A stretch of 64,000 nt of DNA, taken from contig OY970342.1 in assembly GCA_963717505.1 (NCBI GenBank), positions 352,001-416,000 of the forward strand, written 5' to 3'. Source of the DNA: Candidatus Eiseniibacteriota bacterium. Lineage in GTDB: Bacteria > Eisenbacteria > RBG-16-71-46. Position 1 is the stretch's first letter, and the number at the start of each line of letters is the position of its first letter. The notes beneath the pieces were generated by a model that searched no databases, had not been told where the DNA came from, and saw only the letters and a list, made by a program, of their open reading frames with translations. A program made the position numbers and the translations under genes. Below are positions 41,802 through 63,899 of this stretch, piece by piece.

Positions 41802-42158
41802 CTAGAACTCCAGCCCGCCGGCGCGTGCACCGTCGGCCAGCGCCTTGACCCGGCCGTGAAACCGGTACCCGCCGCGATCGAACGCGACCTGGGTGACACC
41901 CTTTTCCTTCGCGCGCTGCGCGAGCAGCTTTCCGACTTCGGCACTGACACTGATCTTGCCCGGGCCCTGCGCGCCGACTTCGCGACTCGACGCCGCGACC
42001 AGAGTCCGACCGCCGCCGTCGTCGACCACCTGGGCGTAGATGTGGCGCGCGCTGCGGAACACCGAAAGACGCGGACGCACCTCCGTGCCCTGAACTTTTT
42101 TGCGGATCCGGAAACGCCGGATGCGACGCCGCTCGTACTTGTTGCGCTGACCGCTCAT
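41802..42158 (-). CDS. rplR: 50S ribosomal protein L18
   Basis: [33 protein letters not shown]. Confidence 0.97.
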   Translation of the reverse strand: MSGQRNKYERRRIRRFRIRKKVQGTEVRPRLSVFRSARHIYAQVVDDGGGRTLVAASSREVGAQGPGKISVSAEVGKLLAQRAKEKGVTQVAFDRGGYRFHGRVKALADGARAGGLEF

Positions 42159-42694
42159 GACGCTGCCCCCGCCGCCTTGCCGGCCTTCCGCCGGACGTAT
42201 TCGCCTTCATAGCGGATGCCCTTGCCCTTGTAGGGCTCGGGCGGACGAAAGCCGCGGATGTTCGCCGCGACTTGACCGACCAGTTCCTTGCTGCGGCCTG
42301 AAATCGAGATGCGGGTCGGGCTCTCGACCTTGATGTCGATCCCCTCGGGCGGTATGAACACGATCGGGTGCGAGAAGCCGAGCTGAAGCACCAGCTTCTT
42401 GCCGTCCGCCTGCGCCCGGTAGCCGGTGCCCTGAATCTCGAGCACCCGGCCGAACCCCTGGGTCACACCGGTGACCATGTTCTGGATCTGCGCGCGCATC
42501 GTGCCGAACGCCGGGTTGCGGCGCTGACGCTCCGACGTGACACGCGCGAAGCCGTCGGCGACCGAAACCTCGGTGCCTTCGAGGATGTGATGGCTCAGGG
42601 CGCCCTTGGGGCCCTTCACCTGCACCGTCTTGTCGGCGACCGTCACCGAAACGCCGCTCGGAATCGTGACTGGAAGCTTGCCTACTCGCGACAT
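42155..42694 (-). CDS. rplF: 50S ribosomal protein L6
   Basis: [28 protein letters not shown]. Confidence 0.97.
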   Translation of the reverse strand: MSRVGKLPVTIPSGVSVTVADKTVQVKGPKGALSHHILEGTEVSVADGFARVTSERQRRNPAFGTMRAQIQNMVTGVTQGFGRVLEIQGTGYRAQADGKKLVLQLGFSHPIVFIPPEGIDIKVESPTRISISGRSKELVGQVAANIRGFRPPEPYKGKGIRYEGEYVRRKAGKAAGAAS

Positions 42695-42707
42695 GGCCCC
42701 GTCCCCC

Positions 42708-43106
42708 CTACCACACCTGGCACATGAGCTCGCCGCCGAGCCCGGCTTCACGGGCTTCGCGGTCGGTCATGATGCCTTTGGAAGTGGACAGGATCGACGT
42801 ACCCAGTCCGCCGAGCACGCGGGGAATCCGGCCCTTGCCGACGTACACGCGGCGCCCGGGGGTGCTGACCCGACGAATGCCGGTGATCACGCCCCCATGC
42901 TCGCCGGTCGCCTTGAGGTAGATGCGCAGCACGCCCTGCCCCGGGCCGTCGATCATCTTGAAATTGCTGATGTAGCGCTCGCGCAGCAGCACGCTCGCCA
43001 GCTCGCCCTTGAGCCGCGACGCGGGCACGTCCACCTTGCGGTGTCGCGCGACGATCGCATTGCGAATCGCGGTCAGGAAGTCCGCGACTGGATCAGTAAC
43101 CGCCAT
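42708..43106 (-). CDS. rpsH: 30S ribosomal protein S8
   Basis: TDPVADFLTAIRNA, RVSTPGRRVY, ILSTSKG, GGEL. Confidence 0.97.
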   Translation of the reverse strand: MAVTDPVADFLTAIRNAIVARHRKVDVPASRLKGELASVLLRERYISNFKMIDGPGQGVLRIYLKATGEHGGVITGIRRVSTPGRRVYVGKGRIPRVLGGLGTSILSTSKGIMTDREAREAGLGGELMCQVW

Positions 43107-43194
43107 GGTTCCCTCTTCCTCGTGTCCCAGCGTTCAGGCCACCGTGCGGGGCGCCTGCAGCCTGGTCCCTGGCGCCCCCGTCCGGGGGCGCGTG

Positions 43195-43380
43195 TCACCA
43201 GCTCGACTTGACGACGCCCGGGATCTGCCCGGACAGCGCCAGCTCACGGAAGCAGATGCGACACATGCCGAAGTCGCGCAGGAAGGCACGCGGCCTCCCG
43301 CAACGGTGGCAGCGCGTGTAGGCCCGCACCTTGAACTTCGGGGTCCGCTTCCACTTCTCGATGATCGATTTCTTGGCCAT
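43195..43380 (-). CDS. rpsN: 30S ribosomal protein S14 (type Z, Zn-binding, 61 aa)
   Basis: [23 protein letters not shown]. Confidence 0.97.
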   Translation of the reverse strand: MAKKSIIEKWKRTPKFKVRAYTRCHRCGRPRAFLRDFGMCRICFRELALSGQIPGVVKSSW

Positions 43381-43398
43381 TCGTTCTCCGATTGCCGA

Positions 43399-44130
43399 CT
43401 AGCGCTGACGGAACGGCATCTGCATCAACCGCAGCAGCTCCCGCCCCTCCTCATCGTTCCTCGCCGACGTCACGATCGTGACGTCCATTCCGCGCACCTT
43501 CGCCACCCGGTCGTAGTTGATCTCCGGGAAGATGATCTGTTCGGTGAGGCCGACGCTGTAGTTGCCGCGGCCGTCGAACGAGCGGGGGCTCAGCCCCCGG
43601 AAGTCACGAATACGGGGCACCGCCACGTGGACCAGGCGGTCGAAAAACTCGTACATGCGCGCGCCGCGCAGCGTGACGCTGCACCCGACGCCGAGACCCT
43701 CGCGCAGCTTGAAATTCGAGATCGCCTTGCGCGCCTTGCGAATCGCCGGCTTCTGCCCCGCGATCGTCGCCAGATCGTTGGCCGCAGCTTCGAGCAGCTT
43801 CGCGTCCGTAACCGCCTCGCCGACCCCCATGTTGATCACGATCTTCTCGAAGCGTGGCGCCTGCATCAGGCTGGTGTACCCGAACTTCTTCATGAGCTCG
43901 GGCCGCACCTTTTCGTTGTACATCGTGGCCAGTCGCGGCTTCTGGCGCGGCGCGGCCGGACGTCCCTTCGCCACGGCCGGCGCCTGGCTGGTCGCGCCTT
44001 CGCGCGGACCCCTGCCGCCCTTGGCCGCCTTTTCGGGCTTGGCCGCGGACTTGGCCGCCGACTTGGCCGCCGACTTGCCCTTTTCGGGCTTCGCGGCCTT
44101 GCTGCCCTTGGACTTCGATTCCTGCGCCAT
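43399..44130 (-). CDS. rplE: 50S ribosomal protein L5 with Lys/Ala-rich N-terminal extension
   Basis: [43 protein letters not shown]; ATG after SD GAGGAG. Confidence 0.96.
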   Translation of the reverse strand: MAQESKSKGSKAAKPEKGKSAAKSAAKSAAKPEKAAKGGRGPREGATSQAPAVAKGRPAAPRQKPRLATMYNEKVRPELMKKFGYTSLMQAPRFEKIVINMGVGEAVTDAKLLEAAANDLATIAGQKPAIRKARKAISNFKLREGLGVGCSVTLRGARMYEFFDRLVHVAVPRIRDFRGLSPRSFDGRGNYSVGLTEQIIFPEINYDRVAKVRGMDVTIVTSARNDEEGRELLRLMQMPFRQR

Positions 44131-44219
44131 CTGCTCCTCGTTCCAGGGGATTGCGCACGGGCCCCGCACCCCCTGGTGCCTCGCGGGAACCCGCATGCGG
44201 CCCCTCGGGGCCGCTCAAC

Positions 44220-44546
44220 TCATGACTGCTTCGAGATCGTCTCTCCGCTCGCCCGCGAGATTCGCTCGCGGGTTCCGTCCTTGAGCACCCGCACGCCGAC
44301 GCGCGCTCCGCGCTCCGACTTGGGGTCCCACAGCAGCACGTTCGAAACATGGATCGGAGCCTCGCGCTCGATGATCCCGCTCTGGGCCCCGGAACGGCGC
44401 GCCTTGGTGTGCCGCTTCACGAAGTTCACTTTCTCGACGACCACCCGCTGCTTGACCTCGTCGACCGCGAGCACCTTGCCGGTCTTGCCCTTGTCGTCGC
44501 CCGAGATCACCTGGACCAGGTCGCCTTTGCGAATCTTGATGGCCAT
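44220..44546 (-). CDS. rplX: 50S ribosomal protein L24
   Basis: KIRKGDLVQVISGDDKGK, EAPIHVSNV; TGATG coupling with rplN. Confidence 0.97.
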   Translation of the reverse strand: MAIKIRKGDLVQVISGDDKGKTGKVLAVDEVKQRVVVEKVNFVKRHTKARRSGAQSGIIEREAPIHVSNVLLWDPKSERGARVGVRVLKDGTRERISRASGETISKQS

Positions 44547-44914
44547 CAAATCACCTCCGGAGCGAGCGAGATGATCTTCATGAACGCCTTCTCGCGCAGC
44601 TCGCGGGCCACCGGCCCGAAGATGCGGGTGCCGCGCGGCTCCTTGTCGTCGTTGATCAACACCACCGCGTTCTCGTCGAAGCGGATGTAGGAACCGTCCT
44701 TGCGGCGGCCCTCCTTCACGGCGCGCACGACCACCGCCTTCGCGACCTCGCCCTTCTTCACCTGGGCTCCTGGAATCGCGTCCTTCACCGAGACGACCAC
44801 GATGTCCCCGAGTCGCCCGTAGCGCTTGTGGTGGCCGCCGAGGACCTTGATGCACTGGGCGCGCTTCGCGCCCGAGTTGTCCGCCACGGTCACCATGGTT
44901 CTGAGCTGGATCAT
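44546..44914 (-). CDS. rplN: 50S ribosomal protein L14
   Basis: [37 protein letters not shown]. Confidence 0.98.
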   Translation of the reverse strand: MIQLRTMVTVADNSGAKRAQCIKVLGGHHKRYGRLGDIVVVSVKDAIPGAQVKKGEVAKAVVVRAVKEGRRKDGSYIRFDENAVVLINDDKEPRGTRIFGPVARELREKAFMKIISLAPEVI

Positions 44915-44926
44915 TCCTGCCTCCGG

Positions 44927-45211
44927 CTACTTCGCCCGTTCGACGATCTCGACGAGGCGCCAGCGCTTGTCCTTGGACAACGGACGCGTCTCCATGAAGC
45001 GGACGACGTCGCCGATCCGGCACTCGTTGTTGGCATCGTGGATCTTGAATTTGTTCCGGCGGCGCACGTACCGGCCGTAGAACGGATGCTCGACCAGCCG
45101 CTCGATTTCAACCACCGCGGTCTTGTCCATGCGGTTGCTGACGACGCGGCCGACGCGCGACTTCCGGCGATTGCGCTCCTCGGTGGTTTCGACGGTTGCA
45201 TCAACGGTCAT
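44927..45211 (-). CDS. rpsQ: 30S ribosomal protein S17
   Basis: [22 protein letters not shown]. Confidence 0.97.
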   Translation of the reverse strand: MTVDATVETTEERNRRKSRVGRVVSNRMDKTAVVEIERLVEHPFYGRYVRRRNKFKIHDANNECRIGDVVRFMETRPLSKDKRWRLVEIVERAK

Positions 45212-45414
45212 TTCGACGCTCGCTCTTTCTCGCTCAGCACCGTGATCAGCCGGGACATCTCGCGCCGGCTGGTGCGGATCTTCAGCGGGTTGTCGAGCTG
45301 TTTCAGCGTGTTGCGGAATCGCAGCTGGAACAGCTCCTCGCGCAGCTCGTCGATTCGGTGGCGGATCTCGTCCACCGACATGTCGCGCATCGCGCTTGGT
45401 TTGACTTGCGGCAT
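45208..45414 (-). CDS. rpmC: 50S ribosomal protein L29
   Basis: ELFQLRF....QLDNP..IR..RR; position between rplP and rpsQ. Confidence 0.95.
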   Translation of the reverse strand: MPQVKPSAMRDMSVDEIRHRIDELREELFQLRFRNTLKQLDNPLKIRTSRREMSRLITVLSEKERASK

Positions 45415-45418
45415 GACG

Positions 45419-45841
45419 CTACTCCCCTCCCAGCTCGTGGCGCTCGACGAAGCGCGTGCGAATCGGCAGCTTGGATGCCCCGAGCTGCATCGCCTCCTGC
45501 GCGGTCGCGCGCGGGATGCCTTCCAGCTCGAACATGACGCGGCCGGGCTTGATGACCGCGACCCAGAACTCGGGCGGGCCCTTGCCCTTGCCCATTCGGG
45601 TCTCGGCCGGCTTCTTGGTGACCGGCTTGTCCGGGAACACGCGGATCCACATCTTGCCGCCGCGCTTGATGAAGCGCGTGATCGCGACGCGTGCTGCTTC
45701 GATCTGCCGGTTGGTGACCCACGCCGGCTCGAGCGCCTGGAGTCCGAACTCGCCGAACGTCACCGACGAGCCGCGGTACGCCTTGCCGCGCATGCGACCC
45801 CGCTGCTGCTTGCGATACTTGACCCGCTTCGGCATGAGCAT
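45419..45841 (-). CDS. rplP: 50S ribosomal protein L16
   Basis: [29 protein letters not shown]. Confidence 0.98.
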   Translation of the reverse strand: MLMPKRVKYRKQQRGRMRGKAYRGSSVTFGEFGLQALEPAWVTNRQIEAARVAITRFIKRGGKMWIRVFPDKPVTKKPAETRMGKGKGPPEFWVAVIKPGRVMFELEGIPRATAQEAMQLGASKLPIRTRFVERHELGGE

Positions 45842-45853
45842 GACGCGTTCCTC

Positions 45854-46522
45854 CTAGCGGGTGCCGGCCGCCGCCGGGGTGGTCGTGGTCTGGGGCTTGT
45901 CGAGCAGCTCGCCGTGGAAGATCCACACCTTGACGCCGCAGGTGCCGTACGCCGTATTCGCGGTCGCTTTGGCGAAATCGATGTCGGCGCGCAGCGTGTG
46001 CAGCGGCACCCGGCCATCGCGGTAGGTTTCGTAGCGGCCCATTTCCGAGCCGCCGAGCCGTCCCGAGCAGGCGACGCGGACGCCCTGGGCGCCCGCGCGC
46101 ATGGTCGAGGCGATTGCCTTCTTCATCGCGCGGCGGAACGAGACGCGCTGCTCGAGCTGCTTGGCGATGTGCTCGGAAACCAGCTGTGCGTCGAGGTCGG
46201 CGCGCTTGATCTCCTCGATGTTGAGCTGGACCGGCTTGCCGGTCAGCTGTTTCATCTCCTCGGACAGCTTGTCGACCTGCTCGCCTTTGCGCCCGATCAC
46301 CAGCCCCGGACGCGCCGTACGAATGCCGATCGTGACCTTGTCGCCCTTCCGCTCGATCGTGATCTTCGAGATCCCCGACTGGAAGAGCCGCTTCTTCAGA
46401 TAACGCTTGATCAGCAGATCTTCCTTGAGGAGTTCGGCGTAGCCGCGTTTGGCGAACCAGCGCGAATCCCAGGTCTTGACGATCCCGAGACGCAGGCCGA
46501 TCGGATTGGCTTTCTGTCCCAT
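45854..46522 (-). CDS. rpsC: 30S ribosomal protein S3
   Basis: [38 protein letters not shown]. Confidence 0.98.
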   Translation of the reverse strand: MGQKANPIGLRLGIVKTWDSRWFAKRGYAELLKEDLLIKRYLKKRLFQSGISKITIERKGDKVTIGIRTARPGLVIGRKGEQVDKLSEEMKQLTGKPVQLNIEEIKRADLDAQLVSEHIAKQLEQRVSFRRAMKKAIASTMRAGAQGVRVACSGRLGGSEMGRYETYRDGRVPLHTLRADIDFAKATANTAYGTCGVKVWIFHGELLDKPQTTTTPAAAGTR

Positions 46523-46863
46523 TAGTGCGACTCCCTGGTGGCCACGGTGACCGAGACGTGGCTCATCCGCTTGATCAGCTGCGTGGCCCGGCCCTGGGCA
46601 CGCGGCAGCCAGCGTTTGAACGACGGCCCGGCGCCGACCACCGCCTCTTGAACGACCAGTTCCTCGACGCGAACCTTGCCCTCGTGGAGCGCGTTCGCGA
46701 CCGCGGACTTGAGCACCTTCTGCACGATGCGCGCGCCCTGCTTGGGCGTGAACTGCAACCGGGTCTGCGCCTCTTCGACCGGCAGGCCGCGGATCAGCTC
46801 GAGCACCTGATTGCATTTGCGCGGTGTGATGCGCACGAACCTCTGGATCGCTTTCGCCTTCAT
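46522..46863 (-). CDS. rplV: 50S ribosomal protein L22
   Basis: [27 protein letters not shown]. Confidence 0.96.
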   Translation of the reverse strand: MKAKAIQRFVRITPRKCNQVLELIRGLPVEEAQTRLQFTPKQGARIVQKVLKSAVANALHEGKVRVEELVVQEAVVGAGPSFKRWLPRAQGRATQLIKRMSHVSVTVATRESH

Positions 46864-46865
46864 GA

Positions 46866-47159
46866 TCACGTCTTCCCCGGCACCGGCGCCTTGGTCGCGG
46901 TGCGCTCGCCATGCCCGCGGAAGATCCGGGTCGGGACGAACTCGCCGAGCTTGTGGCCGACCATGTTCTCGGTGATGTAGATCGGGATGAACTTGTTGCC
47001 GTTGTGCACCGCCAGCGTGTGGCCGACGAACTCGGGCAGGATCGTGGACCGACGCGCCCAGGTCTTGTGCACACGCTTCTCCCCGCTGCGGTTCATCTGC
47101 TCGATCTTGCGAACGAGCGAATCGACCACGTACGGGCCCTTGCGAATGGAACGTGCCAT
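46866..47159 (-). CDS. rpsS: 30S ribosomal protein S19
   Basis: [27 protein letters not shown]. Confidence 0.98.
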   Translation of the reverse strand: MARSIRKGPYVVDSLVRKIEQMNRSGEKRVHKTWARRSTILPEFVGHTLAVHNGNKFIPIYITENMVGHKLGEFVPTRIFRGHGERTATKAPVPGKT

Positions 47160-47175
47160 GGACTCCCCGACTCCT

Positions 47176-48000
47176 CTACTTGGTGCGGCGGCGCACGATC
47201 AGTGCGTCGCTCAGCTTGCGCTTACGGGTCTTGAGACCCTTCGTGATCTTGCCCCACGGCGAACACGGATGGCGGCCGCCGGAACTCTTGCCTTCGCCAC
47301 CGCCCATCGGATGGTCGACCGGGTTCATCGCCACGCCACGGACGCTGCCCAGCCGACCGCGCCAGCGGTTGCGTCCCGCTTTCCCGAGCTGAATGTTTTC
47401 GTGCTCGAGGTTGCCGACCTGGCCGATGACCGCGCGGCAGCGGATGTGGAACTTGCGCACCTCGCCCGACGGCAGGCGCAGCTGCGCGTAGTCCCCCTCC
47501 TTGGCCATCAGCTGACACTGGACCCCGGCGGAGCGCGCGATGCGCGAGCGCCGTCCCGGGAACAGCTCGACGTTGTGAATGCTGGTGCCGAGCGGAATGT
47601 TGCCGAGCGGCAGGCAGTTCCCCGCGCTGATCTCGGCGTCCGGACCCGACATCACCCGCGCGCCCACCTTGAGCCCGTCGGGCGCCAGAATGTAGCGGCG
47701 CTCGCCGTCGGCGTAGTTCAAGAGCGCGATGCGCGCCGAGCGATTGGGGTCGTACTCGATGGTCGCGACCCGGGCCGGCACGCCGTCCTTGTCACGACGG
47801 AAGTCGATGATCCGGTAGCGCTGCTTGTGCCCGCCGCCAATCCAACGCATCGAGATGTGGCCGTAGTTGTTCCGCCCGCCGGTCTTGTGAAGGCGCTCGG
47901 TCAGCGACTTCACCGGCTTGGAGCGGGTCAACTCCGAGAAGTCCTCGGCCACCGTGTGGCGGAGGGTCGGCGTAGTCGGTCGGAATTTCTTGAGGCCCAT
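47176..48000 (-). CDS. rplB: 50S ribosomal protein L2
   Basis: [34 protein letters not shown]. Confidence 0.98.
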   Translation of the reverse strand: MGLKKFRPTTPTLRHTVAEDFSELTRSKPVKSLTERLHKTGGRNNYGHISMRWIGGGHKQRYRIIDFRRDKDGVPARVATIEYDPNRSARIALLNYADGERRYILAPDGLKVGARVMSGPDAEISAGNCLPLGNIPLGTSIHNVELFPGRRSRIARSAGVQCQLMAKEGDYAQLRLPSGEVRKFHIRCRAVIGQVGNLEHENIQLGKAGRNRWRGRLGSVRGVAMNPVDHPMGGGEGKSSGGRHPCSPWGKITKGLKTRKRKLSDALIVRRRTK

Positions 48001-48011
48001 GGTCGTCGTCC

Positions 48012-48302
48012 CTAGATCTGCTCGAACAGCTCGATCTTCTGATCGGGCTTGAGCGTCACGATTGCCTTCTTCCAGTCGCTGCGGCGGCCTTCATACCGTC
48101 CGGTCCGCTTGAGCTTGCCCTGGAACTGCTGCGTGCGGACCTGACGCACCTTGACGGAGAAGATCTTCTCGACCGCGCGCTTGATGTCGATCTTGGTGGC
48201 GTCGCGCGCGACCTCGAAGTAGTACTGGTTGAGCAGCTCGCGCATGACCGTGCCCTTCTCGGTGATCAACGCGCGCCGAATCACACTGCGCGGATCCTTC
48301 AT
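48012..48302 (-). CDS. rplW: 50S ribosomal protein L23
   Basis: [25 protein letters not shown]. Confidence 0.96.
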   Translation of the reverse strand: MKDPRSVIRRALITEKGTVMRELLNQYYFEVARDATKIDIKRAVEKIFSVKVRQVRTQQFQGKLKRTGRYEGRRSDWKKAIVTLKPDQKIELFEQI

Positions 48303-48934
48303 CGGACGAAGACCTCCTTCACGCGCTCGAGGCCCGCCTGCGTGAGGACCACGTTCTCGGCCGCCAGCAGGTCATAGGGATTGAGCTGGTGGGCGAGGCG
48401 CGTGTCGAGGTAGCGGAGGTTGCGCACGGACCGCAGCACCTTCTCGTCGGCCTGATCCAGCACCAGCAGCGTCCGCTTCCGCTCGAGTCCGAGCTTGCGC
48501 AGCACCGCCGCGACTTCCCGGGTCTTGGCTTCGGCCGGCGCGAACGCCTCGAGGACCAGGACCGCATTCTCGCTCGCGCGCAGCGACAACACTGACGCCA
48601 GGGCGGCCCGGCGCTGCTTGCGCGGCATGTCGGTGCGGTAATCGCGGGGCTTGGGACCGAAGGCGCGCCCGCCGCCCGGCCACAACGGCGACGTGTTCGA
48701 GCCGGCGCGGGCGTTGCCCGAGCCCTTCTGCCGCCACGGCTTCCTTCCGCCACCCGAGACCTCGCCACGCGTCTTGACCTTGGCGGTCCCCTGGCGCTGG
48801 TTCCCGAGATGACGCTTGACCGCCAGCCACATCAGGTGCTCGTGCACCGGCTGCGCGAACAACTCGTCGGGCAGCGGGGTCGTGCCTCGCTCGCTGCCGT
48901 CGGCGGCGAATCTCTTTGCGGTCACGTTACTCAT
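48299..48934 (-). CDS. rplD: 50S ribosomal protein L4
   Basis: [33 protein letters not shown]. Confidence 0.97.
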   Translation of the reverse strand: MSNVTAKRFAADGSERGTTPLPDELFAQPVHEHLMWLAVKRHLGNQRQGTAKVKTRGEVSGGGRKPWRQKGSGNARAGSNTSPLWPGGGRAFGPKPRDYRTDMPRKQRRAALASVLSLRASENAVLVLEAFAPAEAKTREVAAVLRKLGLERKRTLLVLDQADEKVLRSVRNLRYLDTRLAHQLNPYDLLAAENVVLTQAGLERVKEVFVR

Positions 48935-49560
48935 CGCTGGTCATCCCGCTTCCGAACGATCACGACGCCGTTGACCGGACCGGGCACCGCGCCGCGAATC
49001 ATCACGACGTTCTGCTCCGGGTCCACGCCGACGACTTCGAGGTTCTTCTGGGTCAGGAATACGCTGCCCATGTGCCCGGGCAGCCGCTTGCCCTTGACCA
49101 CCCGCGACGGATACGCCGACGCGCCGATCGAGCCGGGCTGTTTGCCGTGCGTCGGTCCATGCGAAGCATGGCCGGCCACGAACTTGTGGCGCTTGACCAC
49201 CCCCGCGAATCCGCGGCCCTTGGTGACGCCGCGCACGTCGACGTGCTCGCCCTTGGCGAACATGGTCACGGTCAGCGTGCCGCCGACTTCGAAGCCGCTG
49301 GTGTCGCCGACCCGGAACTCCTTGATCACCCGCGACGGCGGCAGGTTGCGCTTCTTGAACTGTCCGAGCACCGGCCGGGTGAACCGCGATTCGCGGTTGG
49401 TCCCGAATCCGAGCTGGATCGCCTGATACCCGTCACGCTCGGCGGTGCGCACCTCGGTCACGGTGCACGGTCCCGCCTCGATCACGGTCACGGGGATCGA
49501 CTCGCCCTTCTCACCGAAGAGCTGCGTCATGCCCACTTTTTTCCCTATCAATCCAATCAT
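48931..49560 (-). CDS. rplC: 50S ribosomal protein L3
   Basis: [37 protein letters not shown]. Confidence 0.97.
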   Translation of the reverse strand: MIGLIGKKVGMTQLFGEKGESIPVTVIEAGPCTVTEVRTAERDGYQAIQLGFGTNRESRFTRPVLGQFKKRNLPPSRVIKEFRVGDTSGFEVGGTLTVTMFAKGEHVDVRGVTKGRGFAGVVKRHKFVAGHASHGPTHGKQPGSIGASAYPSRVVKGKRLPGHMGSVFLTQKNLEVVGVDPEQNVVMIRGAVPGPVNGVVIVRKRDDQR

Positions 49561-49574
49561 GACTTTTTACTCCA

Positions 49575-49699
49575 GAGACGAACGAGAAAGGTCCAGATGC
49601 AAGGCGCGAGGAAGCGGGACCCGCAGATGTGTCCTCATGGACACATCGAGGACGCCCGCGACCGAGCAACGCAGCAGATGGGCCTTTGTCGTTCGTCTC
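49575..49699. mobile_element. 125-bp palindromic MITE/REP-like element between rpsJ and rplC
   Basis: 26-bp terminal inverted repeats (22/26 match) gagacgaacgagaaaggtccagatgc / gcagatgggcctttgtcgttcgtctc and a central perfect hairpin gatgtgtcc-tcat-ggacacatc. Confidence 0.65.
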
Positions 49700-50009
49700 A
49701 TGTCTTGATCTCGATGTCGACGCCCGCCGGAATGTCGAGCTTCTCGAGCGCTTCCATGGTCTGGGCCGTCGAACGGGTGATGTCGATCAAACGCTTGTGG
49801 ATGCGGATCTCGAACTGCTCCCGCGACTTCTTGTCCACGTGCGGGCTGCGCAGCACCGTGTACACCGTGCGACGCGTCGGCAGGGGCACCGGCCCCGACG
49901 TCAGCGCGCCCGTGCGGCGGGCGGTGCGAACGATCTCGGCCGCCGACTGGTCCAGCGTCGCGTGATCGTAGGACTTCAACTTGATTCGGATCTTCTGCAG
50001 CATGGTCAT
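49698..50009 (-). CDS. rpsJ: 30S ribosomal protein S10
   Basis: [32 protein letters not shown] (alternative start 50003). Confidence 0.98.
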   Translation of the reverse strand: MTMLQKIRIKLKSYDHATLDQSAAEIVRTARRTGALTSGPVPLPTRRTVYTVLRSPHVDKKSREQFEIRIHKRLIDITRSTAQTMEALEKLDIPAGVDIEIKT

Positions 50010-50014
50010 CCGTC

Positions 50015-51214
<1,200 letters not shown>

Positions 51215-51232
51215 GAAAACGGACCCTCCGTT

Positions 51233-53314
<2,082 letters not shown>

Positions 53315-53541
53315 CGGCGTGCTCATCCCTTCGATTTCGGTTTGCTTACGACGTCTTCGACACCACCTGCCTTTCCTGATCAGAAAGTGCGGTGATGATT
53401 CGTGCAGCCATCCGCAGTGTTGAGGCCCGACCCGGACACTCGTTTCCGGGATCTCGAGCCCAGGTCGGCAGTCGCCGGCCTTCACCCGTCGATGGCACTT
53501 CTCAGTTGTTGCGCGTCCTTGCGCGGGCGGCGCTTTCGCGC

Positions 53542-54012
53542 CTACCAGCGATAATGTGCGAACGCCTTGTTCGCTTCAGCCATCTTGTGCGTGTCTTCGC
53601 GCTTCTTGACCGCGCCGCCTTCGTTCTTCGAGGCGGACAGGATCTCGGCCGCGAACTTCTCCTCGAACGAGGGGTCGCTGCGCTGCCGGGCGAAGGTGAT
53701 GATCCAGCGGGTCGCGAGCGCGTTGCGGCGATCGGGCCGCACCTCGACCGGGACTTGATAGTTGGCACCGCCGACGCGGCGGGACTTGACCTCGAGGATC
53801 GGCTTGACGTTGGTCATCGCCTGCTTGAGCACCGTCATCGGATCCTGGCCGCCCTTGTCCTGAATGATCTTCATCGCGCCGTAGAACGCGCCTTCGGCGA
53901 TCGAGCGCTTCCCCTCGCCCATCATGGCGTTGATGAACCGCGTCACCAGGACGCTGTCGTACAGGGGGTCCGCGATCGACTCGCGACGCGGAACGTGTCC
54001 TTTTCGGGGCAT
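53542..54012 (-). CDS. rpsG: 30S ribosomal protein S7
   Basis: [35 protein letters not shown]. Confidence 0.98.
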   Translation of the reverse strand: MPRKGHVPRRESIADPLYDSVLVTRFINAMMGEGKRSIAEGAFYGAMKIIQDKGGQDPMTVLKQAMTNVKPILEVKSRRVGGANYQVPVEVRPDRRNALATRWIITFARQRSDPSFEEKFAAEILSASKNEGGAVKKREDTHKMAEANKAFAHYRW

Positions 54013-54025
54013 GGTCTCCTCGATC

Positions 54026-54394
54026 CTACTTCGACTTGGTGCCGTACTTCGACCGGCTCTTCTTGCGGCCCTGGACGCCACTCGCGTCCAGCGTGCCGCG
54101 CACGATGTGATAGCGCACGCCCGGCAGGTCCTTCACGCGCCCGCCGCGGATGAGCACGATCGAGTGCTCCTGGAGGTTGTGTCCCTCCCCGGGAATGTAG
54201 GCGGTGACTTCGATGCCGTTGGTCAACCGGACGCGGGCCACCTTGCGCAGCGCCGAGTTCGGCTTCTTCGGCGTCGTGGTGTAGACGCGCGTGCACACGC
54301 CCCGCTTCTGCGGGCACGAGCGCAGTGCCGGCGCACCGGTCTTGCTCTTTTGTGGCCGCCGTCCATGACGGACGAGCTGGCTGAGTGTCGGCAC
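54026..54394 (-). CDS. rpsL: 30S ribosomal protein S12
   Basis: GTG start after GGAGG; [38 protein letters not shown]. Confidence 0.98.
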   Translation of the reverse strand: MPTLSQLVRHGRRPQKSKTGAPALRSCPQKRGVCTRVYTTTPKKPNSALRKVARVRLTNGIEVTAYIPGEGHNLQEHSIVLIRGGRVKDLPGVRYHIVRGTLDASGVQGRKKSRSKYGTKSK

Positions 54395-54587
54395 TTCAAC
54401 CTCCAGGCATACGACCGGCGTTCTCGGCGCTCGAGTGTGGGGGCGGCACAGCCCCTCCCTCGCCGCAGGACGAACCGGCGGCGGGCCGGGAAAGCGGGTC
54501 GTCAAGGTGCGTTACTGGCGTGCGCGGTCAGGCAGGCCACGGCATCCATGAAGGAACAACATGCGCCGTTGCCGCGCAGGACCGGCG

Positions 54588-54616
54588 AATCTAGGGGGGA
54601 CGCCCCCCCCTGTCAA
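54588..54616 (-). promoter_or_regulatory. Sigma70 promoter of the str operon
   Basis: TTGACA-17 nt-TAGATT followed by a GC-rich discriminator, about 190 nt upstream of rpsL. Confidence 0.8.
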
Positions 54617-54639
54617 GTCGGTCTTTTCCAAACTTTGAC

Positions 54640-58872
<4,233 letters not shown>

Positions 58873-58942
58873 GTCGCTCCTCCAGTCCGTGCCGGGACGT
58901 TGACGTTCTCGGAATCGCGCCGGGCGCCACCCGGCCGCGGAA

Positions 58943-62812
<3,870 letters not shown>

Positions 62813-62924
62813 GATCTTCCCGCCTTTCAGAAAGGGAAGCCGTCACGATGACGTCGCCGGGCGGGCGGGAACGCACCCTCCCGACCGGACGCACCGACAT
62901 CGCGGGCATCGGGGACACGGACGG

Positions 62925-63305
62925 TTACTTGATCTCGACCGTGGCGCCCTGCTCCTCGAGCGCAGCCTTCATCTTCGCGGCCTCTTCCTTGGTCACGCCC
63001 TGCTTGAGCGCCTTGGGAGCGCCGTCGACGACATCCTTGGCTTCCTTGAGACCCAATCCGGTCAGCTCGCGGACCACCTTGATGACCTGGATCTTCTTGT
63101 CGCCCGTCGCGGTCAACACGACGTCGAACTCGGTCTTCTCCTCGACCACCGCTGCGCCGCCACCCATTCCGCCCATCGGCATCGCCATCATCGGGGCGGC
63201 CGCCGTCACGCCGAACTTCTCTTCGTACTTGGTCTTGAGCTCGGACAGTTCGAGCACCGTCATGTTGCCGATCAGATCGAGCACCTGGTCAATCGAGGTG
63301 GCCAT
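62925..63305 (-). CDS. rplL: 50S ribosomal protein L7/L12
   Basis: [38 protein letters not shown]. Confidence 0.98.
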   Translation of the reverse strand: MATSIDQVLDLIGNMTVLELSELKTKYEEKFGVTAAAPMMAMPMGGMGGGAAVVEEKTEFDVVLTATGDKKIQVIKVVRELTGLGLKEAKDVVDGAPKALKQGVTKEEAAKMKAALEEQGATVEIK

Positions 63306-63322
63306 TGCGTGTTTCTCCTTCT

Positions 63323-63892
63323 CTATGGTGTGGGTGACGGAGGGTTTCCAGGGTTGGGTGCTTCGGGTCTAGGTTGAACCGCCTTTTCACGGCTGAGCAC
63401 GTCCGCCATGACCGCCGGCAGCGCGACCGTGGCTTCGATCGCCGCCAGGAACGTGGTCATGGGCGCAATGATCGTGGCCAGCAATTGCGACATCAGGACT
63501 TCGCGGCTGGGCAGCGTCGCCAGCTTCTTGATCGCTTTCTCGTCGAACAGCCGTCCGTCGACCACGGCCGCCTTGAGCCTCGGCTGCTCGTGCTCCTTGG
63601 CGAAGCTCGCCAGGATCTGCGCCGGCGCAATCTCGCTCTCGGCGCTGAACACGACGCCGGTCGGACCGACCAGGTAGGGATCGAGGGCCGTGATCCCGCG
63701 CTCGTTGAACGCGCGCTTGATCAGCGTGTTCTTGATGACGCGGAACTGGACCTTCTGCTCGCGGCACTTCTTCCGCAACAGCGAGATCTTCTCCACGCTC
63801 ATGCCGCTGAAGTCGGCGAGGTAGATCGCATTCACGTTCTGGATGCGCTCGCTCGTGTCCTTCACGATTTGTTCTTTTTCGATGGTCGGCAT
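63323..63892 (-). CDS. rplJ: 50S ribosomal protein L10
   Basis: DFSGMSV....[21 protein letters not shown]. Confidence 0.95.
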   Translation of the reverse strand: MPTIEKEQIVKDTSERIQNVNAIYLADFSGMSVEKISLLRKKCREQKVQFRVIKNTLIKRAFNERGITALDPYLVGPTGVVFSAESEIAPAQILASFAKEHEQPRLKAAVVDGRLFDEKAIKKLATLPSREVLMSQLLATIIAPMTTFLAAIEATVALPAVMADVLSREKAVQPRPEAPNPGNPPSPTP

Positions 63893-63899
63893 GGCGCCC

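Noticed and set aside
43107-43194. GC hairpins between rpsN and rpsH
   Set aside because: Short GC-rich stems with no distinctive motif; cannot be separated from background by eye
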